Positions 52,650-64,000 of a stretch of DNA of 64,000 nucleotides are shown one piece after another. Both the position numbers and the translations under genes were made by a program. The notes beneath the pieces were generated by a model. It saw nothing but the letters and a program-made list of their open reading frames with translations, had not been told where the DNA came from and did not search any database. How positions within the stretch are numbered: position 1 is the first letter of the stretch; the number at the start of each line of letters is the position of its first letter. Location: assembly GCF_036321535.1 (NCBI RefSeq), contig NC_087437.1:97652001-97716000 (forward strand). The letters run 5' to 3'. The DNA comes from Camelus dromedarius (lineage: Eukaryota).

Positions 52650-54229
52650 ATTTGCACAAATAAATTAATGTTGGCATTTATTTGAGGCACTCTTTAACCT
52701 CTCAAGACAACATTCTGAGAACTCATTAGGCACATATCACCATAATGCAGGCTAGTAATAAATGGAAATAATGAGTTCATTGTAAAATTTAAATCAGTGA
52801 TAGCATGATCAGGAATTTTTGTTAACCTAGAATGCATAATTAGCTCTAGAGGTGAACTAAAAGACAAAAAGCCCTTCACATGTTAGTAAAAAACAATTAA
52901 GAACATAATTTTATAAACTACCACTGTTACCTTGCTATTAAGAATCAGTGATATCTGTCATTAGGGGACATTACAGAAAGGTTAAAGATGAGAATATATG
53001 CAGACTGTCTACAGGAAACCTAAACTGTTTAGGTTAATGAAATGTCTCTAAAAGTCATATTAATTAGCAAGTTCACATCAACATAGCTTTTGTTTTCTAA
53101 ACGCCATGATAGAATGTATTTAGGCCCCAGTCCACACCTGTGTCCCCTCTAGATGACTGCACGGTGCTACCTCTTTCAGTCTCCTGTTCACCTTCCCCCT
53201 TGCTGCAATGATCTGGATGCTGTTGCACAGTTCTGGAAACTGTTCATGAAGTAGAAATTTAACTTAATGATATGGATTTTAAAGTAACGAGAAACAATAG
53301 AAACTTCCTATTTTTTAGAAAAGACAATTGAGTTTTCAATGTTTCATTAATGCAATGTTATAAGATGTGCTATTCCTTATTTCGCTTTGTTACTTTGATC
53401 TAATGTCACCCAAAACTATTCCTTTCATTCAAAAGTGAGAATTTTGCCCATAAAATCCAGTTTAAGATTGTAAACAAAAGGCTACAATCAAATTGTATAT
53501 TAGGTATTAATTATATAATAAGTAGCAGGACCAGAAACAAAGGTGAGATAGTATTTAAGTGAAAAAAAAAAAAAAGACAAAACCAGATTATCAGAATCCA
53601 TCATCACCACAACACAGTTCCACTTCTGTAGCATGAAGTTAACCACTTATCCACAGGAAAACAATCACTGAAGGCAGAATTCTTTGGTGAAGGTTGGTTA
53701 TTGTTAGCCTTCCTTGTATCAACTAAAATATCTACAAATAATACCTTTTATCATTGTTATTACTTTCAAATGTATGAATGTATATAATTAGCTGAGCCTG
53801 AGTTTCATATGCACATAAACCTACAAGGGAAATTGGGAATTCGAGACTTGATTCTGTTTACAGAGGGATTTATACCTTCAAAAATCATTTAAATATAGAG
53901 AGATTTCTCAAAACATGATGTATAAAAGTTAAAATTACAGTGATGTGGTAGTAGCTCATATCTGACCCAAATGCAAAGGAAAAATTATAAACTCTAATCA
54001 AAACATTAATAAAAAACATGTGATTGTCATAGAAAAAAGAAAACATGCAGAAATCAGAGTCTTCAACCACTGACAGAACATTTGACCATTGAAAAAAGGT
54101 AACTGCATTGGTTAAGTTTGCATTAACACAGCTTTATCTGCTGACACTCTGCAGGCTGTGAAGAATTGGATGGCTGTTAATTGCAGCAGTAAATTTTTTG
54201 TAGCTTAATGAATAAGAGTGCAGAGTTTC

Positions 54230-54935
54230 AGGCTAAAAGAATGGAGGAGTGGGAAATTGAGTGAGGTGGGAGAGAATCCCATACAAATGAGTCACAGAGG
54301 AGAATGTCACAGATAGTTAAGGTCTGAAATATGTATATAAACTCCATTCAGATTATGGGTGACCCCCAAATTGCACATGCATAGATGAAACTCCATTAAA
54401 TCGCAGCAGAAAACAATAGCTGGGGGATTAGAGCAGAATCTTCAATTACTACTCACCACAAAGGAATGAAAGTTTGATTTTTGAGTATAGATAGATGCAT
54501 TATATTAGAAGGCAATCACTCTTTAAAGGAAAATAACAGAACCCAAAGTCTCTACAATGTATCAGCCACAAAATCTAGTACATTATTAAAAATAAGTAGG
54601 CATAAAAAGAGGAAAAGATGACATTTAAAAAGCAGACAATGGACAGAGACATTGAGATGTCCTATATTTTGGAATTAGAAGACAAAGACTTTAACTCTTA
54701 TAAGTATGTTCAAGATTAAAAGAATGGGTGGTCATACATATGAATATATGGGGAATTTCAAGTAAGAAATAAAAACTATATAGAGATAAGGAAATAGACA
54801 TTCTAGAACTGAAAGTACAATATCTGATATGAAAAATTTACTTTATGGGCTTACTAAAGATGGCAGAAGAAAATACCATCAACTTGAAAAGTCAAGTTTT
54901 CCGATATAAAGAATACAAAGGAAAAAATACTGATA
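54230..54935 (+). mobile_element. Old L1 (L1M) 5'/ORF1-region fragment
   Basis: 'ttggaattagaagacaaagacttta...aagtatgttcaag', 'gacattctagaactgaaagtacaatatctgatatgaaaaatttac', typical decayed ORF1 start. Confidence 0.75.
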
Positions 54936-55609
54936 AAATCTACATTTTCTAAACAATGGAATTTAATTTCTCTAAATTGATTGATACACATATTGTTACA
55001 TTACTTGCCTTCTTTATCCCTTAATCCAGAGATTTTCAAAACACAGTAGATTTCCTTGAAAATTTTAAAATATATATAGGAACTGAATTAGTATCTTAAG
55101 GGATAACACCCAAATTTCTAAATTTTTTGTTGTTACTGTCAGTTCCCTGATGATTCCACTGTGCAGTCTGGCTTTGCCTTATTCAACCACATGCATCTCA
55201 TTAATATTCTCCAAACTCAATTTTCTTTTCTATGTGAAAGCCAGTTTTGACCATAAACTTGACCACTTAGTTACTTTGCAAGTACAGTACATCCATTTAT
55301 TCAACCAATATTTGTTGATAACTGACTGTATTTTCAGTTACATGCCAGACCCATGCTAGTTGAAAATTATCCAGGTAATTTTGCTGTTTGTTTAAAGACC
55401 AAAAGAGAAGCACACTCAGTCTAGAATTTAAAAGAAAGGTAAAGTGCCAACAATAAAGCTACATTATTCCATGAAATACCCAAGTCCTTTTATCATTTAG
55501 GCTCAAATCCTGCTACTACACAAGAAATGACTATACTATGTCACATAGAATGGTTTAATTTTTGGGTTGATAATCTTCAAGTGCTAAAAACTTACTATCA
55601 ATGACTTTT

Positions 55610-56705
55610 TTTCCATTTTTTTTAATTGAAGTATAGTCACTTTACAATGTGTCATTTTCTGGTGTACAGCATAATAGTTCAGTCATGCATGTATACATTT
55701 GTTTTCATATTCTTTTTTATTATAGGTTACTATAAGATATTGAATATAGTTCCCTGTGTTACACAATATAACCTTGTTGTTTATATATTTTATATAGAAT
55801 AGCTAGTATTTACAAATCTTGAACTTCCATTTTACTCCCTTCCCTTCCTGGTAACCGTAAGTTTGTTTTCTATGTCTATGAGTCTGTTTCTGTTTTGTGA
55901 ATAAGTTTATTTGTCTCTGTTTTAGATTCCATATGTAAGTGATATCATACGGTATTTTTCTTTCTCTTTCTGGTTGACTTCACTTAGAATGACAATCTAC
56001 AAGTCCATCTATGTTGCTGCAAATGGCATTATTTTATTATTTTTTATGGCTGAGTAGTATTCCATTGTATAAATATACCACAACTTCTTTATCCAGTCAT
56101 CTGTTGCTGGACATTTAGGTTGTTTCCAAGTCTTGACTATTGTGTATAGTGTTGCTGTGAACATTGGGGTGCATGTATCTTTTAGAATTAAAGTTCCTTC
56201 TGAATATATGCCCAGGAGTAGGGCTGCTGGATCATATATAGTAAGACTATCTTTGGTCTTTTGAGGAATCTCCATACAGTTTTCCTTAATGGCTGCACCA
56301 AACTATATTCCCACCAGCAGTGTAGGTGTGTTCCCTTTTCCCCACACCCTTTACAGCATTTATTATTTGTGGACTTTTTCATGATGGCCATTCTGACTGG
56401 TGTAAGCTGATACCTCATTGTAGTTTTGATTTGTATTTCTCTGATAATTAGTGATATTGAGCATTTTTTCATGTGTCTATTGGCCATTTGTATGTCTTCG
56501 TAGGAGAATTGCTTATTTAAGTCTTCTGCCCATTTTTGGATTGGGTTGTTTGTTTTTTTTTCTTATTAGGTTGTATGAGCTGTTTATATATTCTGGAAAT
56601 TAAGCCGTTGTCAGTTTCATCTTTTGCAGATATTTTCTCCCATTCTGCAGGTTGTCATTTTGTTTTGCTTATGGTTTCCTTTGCTGTGCAAAAGCTTTTA
56701 AGTTT
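55610..56705 (-). mobile_element. 5'-truncated L1 (ORF2 C-terminus plus 3' UTR), cetartiodactyl/camelid-like
   Basis: ORFs 56188-56487 and 56009-56275 encode the ORF2 C-terminus ([16 protein letters not shown]..; TWKQPKCP..WIKKLWYIYTMEYYSAIK) with a frameshift. The 3' UTR reads 'ttttaattgaagtatagtc' on the plus strand. TSD actttt at 55604-55609 and 56706-56711, at a TTTT/AA site. Confidence 0.95.
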
Positions 56706-59616
56706 ACTTTTAAAAATATTAAATTTATAGGTACTTCTTTTGAGTTTGTCTAAAAGTCCTTCAGTCATAAATTGATAAATAAGTTTACCTAATTCCATTC
56801 AGTTCATAAAATGCTGATTAATGGGGCACAAGGCTTTGAATTATAGAGATAAATTTTAATGCTGCAAAAAGCTAGCCAAGTTCCTAACATAAATTTTATT
56901 TTAAAATTATTATCATTAGTAATTCTCTTTACCTGTAATCAGATTTTTTCTAGTTTGAGACAAAAATGGACTGTAGTGATTAGATTTAATGCTTTATTAT
57001 GTACAGATGAAAAATTTTCAGTGCAACTTTACATAATTTTTCACTGATATACTATCCAAGTTCCCTCATAATTTATATTTTAAAATTTTGCTTTTAGTTC
57101 TTCCAAAGAATTTAATGAGTTTCTCTCCTGATACAAGTTTAATGAAGCTCAAAATGCATTGAAATATTTATATTTCAGATTGAATATTGATGAGTTACTG
57201 TGATTTTTATCATCAGGAGGTAAAATGTAGATTTTTAAATCTTACTAGTTTAAATAAATTCCACTCTTATCTCACACAAAGATTAGCTGTGTGTATGGTA
57301 TCAGTCTTTAGGGATAAGGAACATAGTGTGTTCCATGTTCATATCTGGCTTGACAGATGTGTTATGTTTCCCATCATTTTATAAATGTATAAAGGCAAGG
57401 GTCACTTTATAATTAGCAAGTTATTTTCTCCTATTTACAAGACTGAGAATTGCTATAAACTACCACCAAAAGGATGACAGTGGCTGGTGCACGGACGTGC
57501 CGTGTACTCAGCCACTAGAAGGCAAAATTAATTGCCACTTACATTCCCCTCATTCTCTCCCCAGATTTGGATCTAGATTCTAAGCACCAGGTAGGGGTTT
57601 ATTAAATTGTTGAGATTTTGCAGTAGGTTGGAAGTAGTACCAAAACTTAACCATTGAAATAGACTTATTCTTATTGGATCTTCAGTCTTTTGTGCATGAA
57701 GATCAATTGTCCACTTTGTTCCAAGCCCAACCACAAGACCTATTCAGATCTGCCAGGTCTGTAACACATATTTCTAATATCAAGTCCACAGGATCATGAT
57801 GAAGCTCCCTTGTCTCCCCACCTACTACATAAAATGCACTAATTTGATTAAGCACCTCACTTTCTCTTGAGAGCAAGTGTCCAGGATGAGGTCACAGAAG
57901 GGCTCCCAGGCCAGTCTGATGCCACCGTGTTGCAGATATTTCTCCTGTTCCTACAGGAGACTTGAGGATTTTGCTTTTTACCACTCTTCTTGGATTCTCC
58001 AAATCCATTTTCAACAATCAAGTCTCCAATATGAGACTCAGTCTGAAGTGAGGAGAGATTTTTTTCCATCAACTTCTAAGCTATGTTAGAAATTTCTTCC
58101 TAAGCTATTTATCCTGTCTTTTCTCACCCCCACCTACTGCCTAACCTAGGGAATCAAGAGAAGGATTCTCTAGAGTTAGTCTCAAAATGTTTGTGTCCTA
58201 ACCGAGGTTTCAAAACTGAAGAGCCTGACAAAAGGTTTTTTGTTTGTTTGTTTGTTTTTTTGCCCTATGCAATGTCATCCATATCCAGATAAAAAACATA
58301 CGAATTTATAATCATGTCACGTCACCCAACAATTGGTCTTTGTAATGTACTCCATCTTATTTTGAGAAAAGGTCATGCCTATGCCTATGATACATGCTTT
58401 AAATATATAGTTAACAAATTTTCAAAGACACAGTAATATAATTTAGTTTTCTCCCAAGGAAGAAAAGTTTTATCTGGAGTCCTAGAGCAATTCTCAAACT
58501 CTTTCAAGAGTGCTTAGTTGGTATCAAAGTCTAAATAGACCGTCTGCAATTTCCACTTGCAACCAAAAGGCAAATAAAGGGAAGAGTAGTTCTTCACTAA
58601 TTTAAAAAAAAAAAACTTTCAAAACTCACAAACCAGTGACCAGTGAATATTGTTGAACAAGTAAAGAGCTATCAGAAAAGAAAAAACTGTTCTTTTTTGC
58701 CCCTATACAGGGTAATTCCACATTTAAGACAGGTTCATTTCACAGCTTGTGTCAACCTCAGAAATTGCACTGATTCATGAGCATGAGTTTGGAACTTCGT
58801 GGAGCGGCTCCAGTTACCGATAACCAAGATGGGTAATTAGTAAAAAGGAAAAGGCCTAGTAGCTCTGACATGAAGTCCACAGAAGGAGTGGGGCACATGC
58901 TGTTAGACTGACCGCCCCCTTCAGGGTCTGGTAAAGAAAGTCTTTGCTACTGGGAAGTAATACATATTAACCTATTTAAATTACATTCAAGATAAATGGA
59001 TTGGAAATGGTGTCTAAGATGAAAGAGTTTATCACACACAAAAGGGCATCTAGAATTGTCAATACTTGAAATTCAGAAAGAGATTGGACCTTTAGTTTGA
59101 GTGAAATTACCAACGGGAGAAAAAAAAAAAAAAAGCAGAGATCCAGTTTTAGAATAAAATGAGGTTTATAATTAAAAAATTTAAAAGCCAAGGCAGGAGT
59201 CTGTCTGCTGGGACTTCCAGGCAGTGAGAGTAACAATTATGCCAATTACGAAAAGACAAACTCAGGAATATGGATTCTTTGGGGTCAGAAACTTATTTAC
59301 CAGATTATTGAGGTAATTATGAGGTAGACAGTGGTAGAGAGGAAGACCTTGGGACTAGAAACAAATGGGGTAGCCTAAGATCATAGTTAGAAGACTCCAC
59401 AACTGTCAGAGGTGATGCAGAAATGTCAGTCTCAATGTGAGCCTTTCCAATCCTTTCTGCTGTAGGTCAGGTTGGTCCTAGAGACAGGGAGTGAGGTTTA
59501 GCCTACAGATAAGTGTGTGTTAGCAGCTGAGGACCAGGCCGTGGATAGGAGAGAGGTATTAAGGCTGAAAACTAACTGCAGTCTTTAAACCACAAAGGGA
59601 ATTTGGCCCTTATTCT

Positions 59617-59646
59617 CTGCCAGTAGCTGCCAGTAGCTGCCAGTAG
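59617..59646. repeat. 10-bp tandem repeat (ctgccagtag)x3 at the edge of a MER5 fragment
   Basis: Direct reading; continues into 'cagtagttctcaaacagaatcacctggagggcttgtgaaaac'. Confidence 0.85.
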
Positions 59647-59714
59647 TTCTCAAACAGAATCACCTGGAGGGCTTGTGAAAACACAGCTGGCTGGGAGAGT
59701 GTCCAGTTCTGTAG

Positions 59715-59915
59715 GTAAAGAAACCCAAATTGGAGCAAAATGGGGCAGTTTGGGGCCAGGCATTTATAGCACCATGGGCTACTCCTGGAAAGAACATTGA
59801 CTTCGGGAGAGGTGACTTTTCAGCTGAGGAGAGAGGGAGACATGCAGGGAGAGATGCTGACTCTGCTGAGAGATGAGGGTGTTATCTGTATGTCTTACAG
59901 ATAAGCCCAGCCATA
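59715..59915 (-). mobile_element. LTR16-like fragment
   Basis: 'cccaaattggagcaaaatgggg...ggccaggcatttata...gacttcgggagaggtgacttttcagctgagg'. Confidence 0.5.
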
Positions 59916-61899
59916 CACCAAACCATCCTACCATTTACTCTTTATCAATATAGCCAAATAGCACTGTCTTTAGACACTTTAATAGGTTAAAAATTAGAAA
60001 CATACATCCAATGACATTCATTTGCGTTTGGGTAATATATCAGTCTAGATGCTTCCAGCTTGCCCTTGTTTGGTCAGAATTTTGGATAGCTCAGAGGGGA
60101 ACTTCACATTTGATCACATGAAATTTAGGTGCACTCAACTCAGCCACCGACCTACTGTTGATGTTTAAAAGATGCAACCTATATAAACCCATCTTTCTAT
60201 GTGAAACAATTCAGCTCTTGTTTTCCTTATGGATTTTAAATAGTTTTCATTAGAAGTCATATGAAAAAACATGCATAGTGCAAAGTATCTGCTTGAAACC
60301 GTTTTGCATTGTTTTATCATTTAGCTACGTGAATTAAAGTTTCTTAAAATTTCAAGGAATGACTACAGGTTGAGGAACAATTTATGTTAAAAGGCTGCCC
60401 TCTTGTGACAATGTGTTGTATGTTTCACTGGTAAAACTGGACCTTATACCCTTTAGAATTCAACTCAGAGTAGTATTAAAAAGAAATAAAACCTGAATGT
60501 AGTTGGGATATTCAAAAAATATTTTGCTGATATGGTAGTTTTGGATAATGGAAAGTTCTGATGAAACAGATGTTCCAGGGAGCTAATGGTGTGAACTTCT
60601 CTCAATTATTTAGCTAACTTAATAGATGTATTTCTAACATATACAACCCACTTTTCTGGGTGTTTTTTTTTTTTATTAAATTTCACTATAGATTGGGGTG
60701 TCAGTGCCAAACATCACAGACTTAAGTTGTCATCTATCTATGTTACTATAACTATGAATGTCACCTCCAGACTGAAGAATCAGTTATCAGTAACCATCAC
60801 ATATGGAAAGATGAATGGTACATATCTTCTGGCTTTGAAGAGTTCTTGGTCTAATGATGATTAAATTAACAATTGCAAAGAAAAATTGCAAATGCTATAG
60901 CACAGGTTATATACTATACCTGGAAGCATGGAAGAGAATATGCTTAGCTTAGCTTTATAGAACCAGAGAAATTGACTTGGATAAGCTAATGTTGGAGACA
61001 CTTTCAAAATTTAAATAACATGTAGAATTTTATTATATGCTAAGTACCTCCTAGATAATGATGAAAATATTCCCTACTTTTAAGAAACTAAAGTGTAATG
61101 GAGAATCATACTGTAACCAATTTGAATGCAGTATGTTAAGGATTGTAACGTTTTGTGGATTTTTCTCTCCTTTGTATCTTTTGAAACTTCCCCCTTTTCA
61201 TTTCATCACCATCATATAGTTCAAATACAGTGACTGTAATGTTTCCGTAATGTCAGTTTGGGGGAGTTCTTTTTTATTTTCAGTATTTTCTTAGGCCTTC
61301 CATCCCTGTTCTAGGAGCAAGGCTATTCTGGCTTCCATGATTTAGAGAAACAGAAAGGAAGAATTTCACGGAAAGGAATAGAAACCTGCAACTCCTTCAG
61401 TCTTTTAACTTCTAGAAGCCTAAGCCTTAGAATTTAGAAGGATCATGGAACTGGTGGAAAGAAGCATTTTGCTGAGTGAGAAAGACCTGTATATGTGTGA
61501 AAGGGGAAAGGCTGTCCCCAGATTAGGAAAAAAATCCAGTCTCCATACCTCTCATTCTCTCGGCATGGTTGAGATGAGGGGAAACAGAGGGGCCCCTTGA
61601 TGAGCAGTGGGGACCTAAGAGCAGTTTTCTAGAAATATCCCTGGAGACAGAAAGGTCCCAGAAAAAAATAGCAACAAGGCTGTGCAGGCAGAAGGGGTCA
61701 TGGGGAGACTCACGCAGGATTTTGGCACTCCAAGTGTGGTAAAGCAGCAACGGTCAGCTTCTAGGCCTAAATGGCCCGTTTGGGAATGGATGAAGAGGAG
61801 GCCAGCAGCAGACTGTGTGGACAGTTGGCCAAGCACTAAACGCCTAACCACTGTCCTAACCACTGTGCATCCCCCACGCTCCAGCTCTGCTGACGAAGG

Positions 61900-62115
61900 A
61901 GTTACTCTGCCTCCCCAGTGCCGTCTTCAGCACTAAAGCATCATCCATCCAGCTCCTGGGAGGACTGACCGCTGGTTCCTTGCAGCAACGCTCACAGCTG
62001 AATAAAATCTTCTCATCCACGTTCACAGCCTCTTCCCATGGACAGCCTGTATCCAAAGACTGGCCATGTGGGTGTAACAGGTGTGGCTACTTTACCCAGA
62101 TTTGGGAGACTTATA
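61900..62115 (+). mobile_element. LTR16-like fragment
   Basis: 'ccagctcctgggaggactg...gctcacagctga...ggacagcctgtatccaaagactggccatgtggg'. Confidence 0.65.
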
Positions 62116-63529
62116 GACCCATCAGAGTCAGAAGGAATATAAATATTTCAAAAACTTAATAATTATTCCTAAAAGTGTAACATCAAAATTGCAGTTAATC
62201 ATTTTACTTAATGGTTACTTTAAATAAACAGTTTAACTTTAATGGGATATACTAAGAAATTGGTAATAATTTTGTTTCTAGAGCAGGGAACTATGGATTT
62301 TAGTCCTTTTAGTGCATTTTTGTTCTGCATCATAGTGAGAGAAACTGTCAAACAAGCAAAAGGAATTTTGCTGTAACAATACAAATTCCAAAAGTTCTAT
62401 AACTGAGACAACTTAGACAGGAACACTATGGCCTAGAAGACCCTGTTAGATACCTTTAGAGAGGGCTTAACTGATTAAAAGAAAAAGACTTCGGTATTTA
62501 AAAATGCATGTGAAGAGTTTGAGTAAATTGTTTCATCAACCATGAGAATCTCTAAATTATATCGTCTTATATAATGTGTATGATTAACAAATGTTATAAG
62601 TAGACATTTGACTTTTATCCACAGCACAAATTCTATATTCAATTTATATTTTCAGCTTTGCTCACATGAAAAATCATCTCAATGGGAAAATTTGGGAGAT
62701 CTTTAACACCTTCCCTTGCCCCAACCCAGGGACATAAGTAAATATATAAATTATTAGTCAGTGATTTATTTCCTAGAAAGAAAGAGAAAATAAAAATAAC
62801 ATTTAAGACCCTTATCATGATCTCTTTCTTTAAAAAAAAACTGAGTGAACAAAAAATACACTTATTTGGAGGAGGAATTGCAGAGATGTGATGCAATTTG
62901 AGCCTAGAATACTGATCTCACTCATTTAGGATCTATATATTTGCCAAGCATGGATTTTCAAATCATCACTACTGGTGTCCCTTCAAATAGCAGATACTAT
63001 CCAGATTTTCTCTCTATTATGTAGGTCAGCTCAGTCTGCCGTGTTCCTCACGTCCCTGCTACTGCCAGAAAGAAAGGCTGTTATATGTTCTTTTAAGATG
63101 AAAACCCATGCAGTTTTCAGATGGATGGGATATAGCAATCCTTAATTGTTTCTCTTGTGTTGCCACTCACTCCATTTGAGGACACTTAACATAACTTCCA
63201 CTTTCCTCTTGCTGGCCCTCATGAGGGGATCTCAACACGTATTAGAGAAGGGATGAAGAAAAATATGCTGCATTAATGCCACGTCTACACAGCCATGCAT
63301 GTTTCTTTTGCTCTTTCAGGCTGCTGTGGCAAAACTCCAGTGTATCACTATGCTGAATCCCTTCACCTTTTATTCTCCTTTTGTAGCTAACATCTTTTAT
63401 TATCCTACCTCCGTGTGTTCGGGGTCCATGCAGAGGGGTTGGTAACAACCTCTCCAGTAAGGCATACAAGAGATATCTTTTTTTAAAAAACACAAGTATG
63501 CTCATGCTCTGTTCTTACCTGATAATCTT

Positions 63530-63965
63530 AAATAGGTCCTGACTAGAATAGCTCCTTTTTCTATGACGCACAAACCTCATATAATCTGACCTACTTGTAT
63601 CACATCTGTGCTCCCATCTTGCCTCATACTCCCAACTGTACTAAGCCACATTCTCTTCCATGCCCCTCTCTTAGCATGAGCTAATTCATAAACATCTATC
63701 AGGAACCAGTTTAATCATCTCTATGATAAGTCAAGCCCTCCCTGACCTCCACTGCAGTGGATACTCAGCCTCTGCTCCACACCAGACCTCAAAATAATCA
63801 TTATTTCTGCTATGATCACAGGATATGGCAACATATGTTTAACCAGGTTGCTTTCCTAGTAGGATATAACTTCCTTGAATCTAGGAACCCAAAATTTTTC
63901 TTTTTTGTATCCCAAATACCTGTCATACTTGAGGAAGGCTTGTTGAAGAGATTGATTGAAATGAT
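63530..63965 (+). mobile_element. L2 LINE 3' end
   Basis: 'ataatctgacctactt', 'aagccctccctgacctcc', 'ttgtatcccaaatacctgtcatact...ttgattgaaatga'. Confidence 0.75.
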
Positions 63966-64000
63966 TAAGTACACAGTAACCCTACTCCTTTCAAGGAGAT

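Noticed and set aside
53017..53035. Perfect palindrome aacctaaac-t-gtttaggtt
   Set aside because: 9-bp arms are expected by chance in 64 kb of AT-rich DNA
61843..61866. 12-bp tandem duplication cctaaccactgt x2
   Set aside because: Simple local duplication; too short to be telomeric or an array
1..64000. Prokaryotic-type systems (CRISPR, defence islands, operons) or an assignable host gene symbol
   Set aside because: The sequence is mammalian repeat-rich DNA, and no candidate exon matched a protein I can identify with confidence

Overview
This is AT-rich, CpG-depleted mammalian genomic DNA; I see no operons, CRISPR arrays, rRNA or tRNA. Much of the window is old interspersed repeat: MIR, L2, old L1M, MER5/MER63 hAT MITEs, and MLT1/MLT2/LTR16/LTR33/MER21 solo LTRs. 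There is one younger 5'-truncated L1 (55.6-56.7 kb) whose 3' UTR looks cetartiodactyl, most like camelid, and I saw no Alu, B1, Bov-tA, PRE or Can-SINEs. The only ORF-track proteins I recognise are the L1 ORF2 C-terminal pieces, and I cannot name a host gene. The most notable non-routine signals are: (i) a CpG-retaining promoter-like block at 41.25-41.5 kb (CCAAT, RFX half-site, MYB and CRE motifs) back-to-back with a CpG-rich ERV1 solo LTR, followed on the minus strand by small phase-0 candidate exons; (ii) a near-perfect 35/36-bp-arm hairpin at 52565-52649; (iii) a GC-rich hairpin fused to a CTCF-like motif at 57479-57525; (iv) a truncated U2 snRNA retrocopy; (v) an inverted pair of MER21 LTRs; and (vi) a candidate minus-strand gene 3' end at 50.7-53.2 kb. 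Repeat family names come from recalled consensus sequences, not from a search. Repeat boundaries are approximate and all exon models are unverified.
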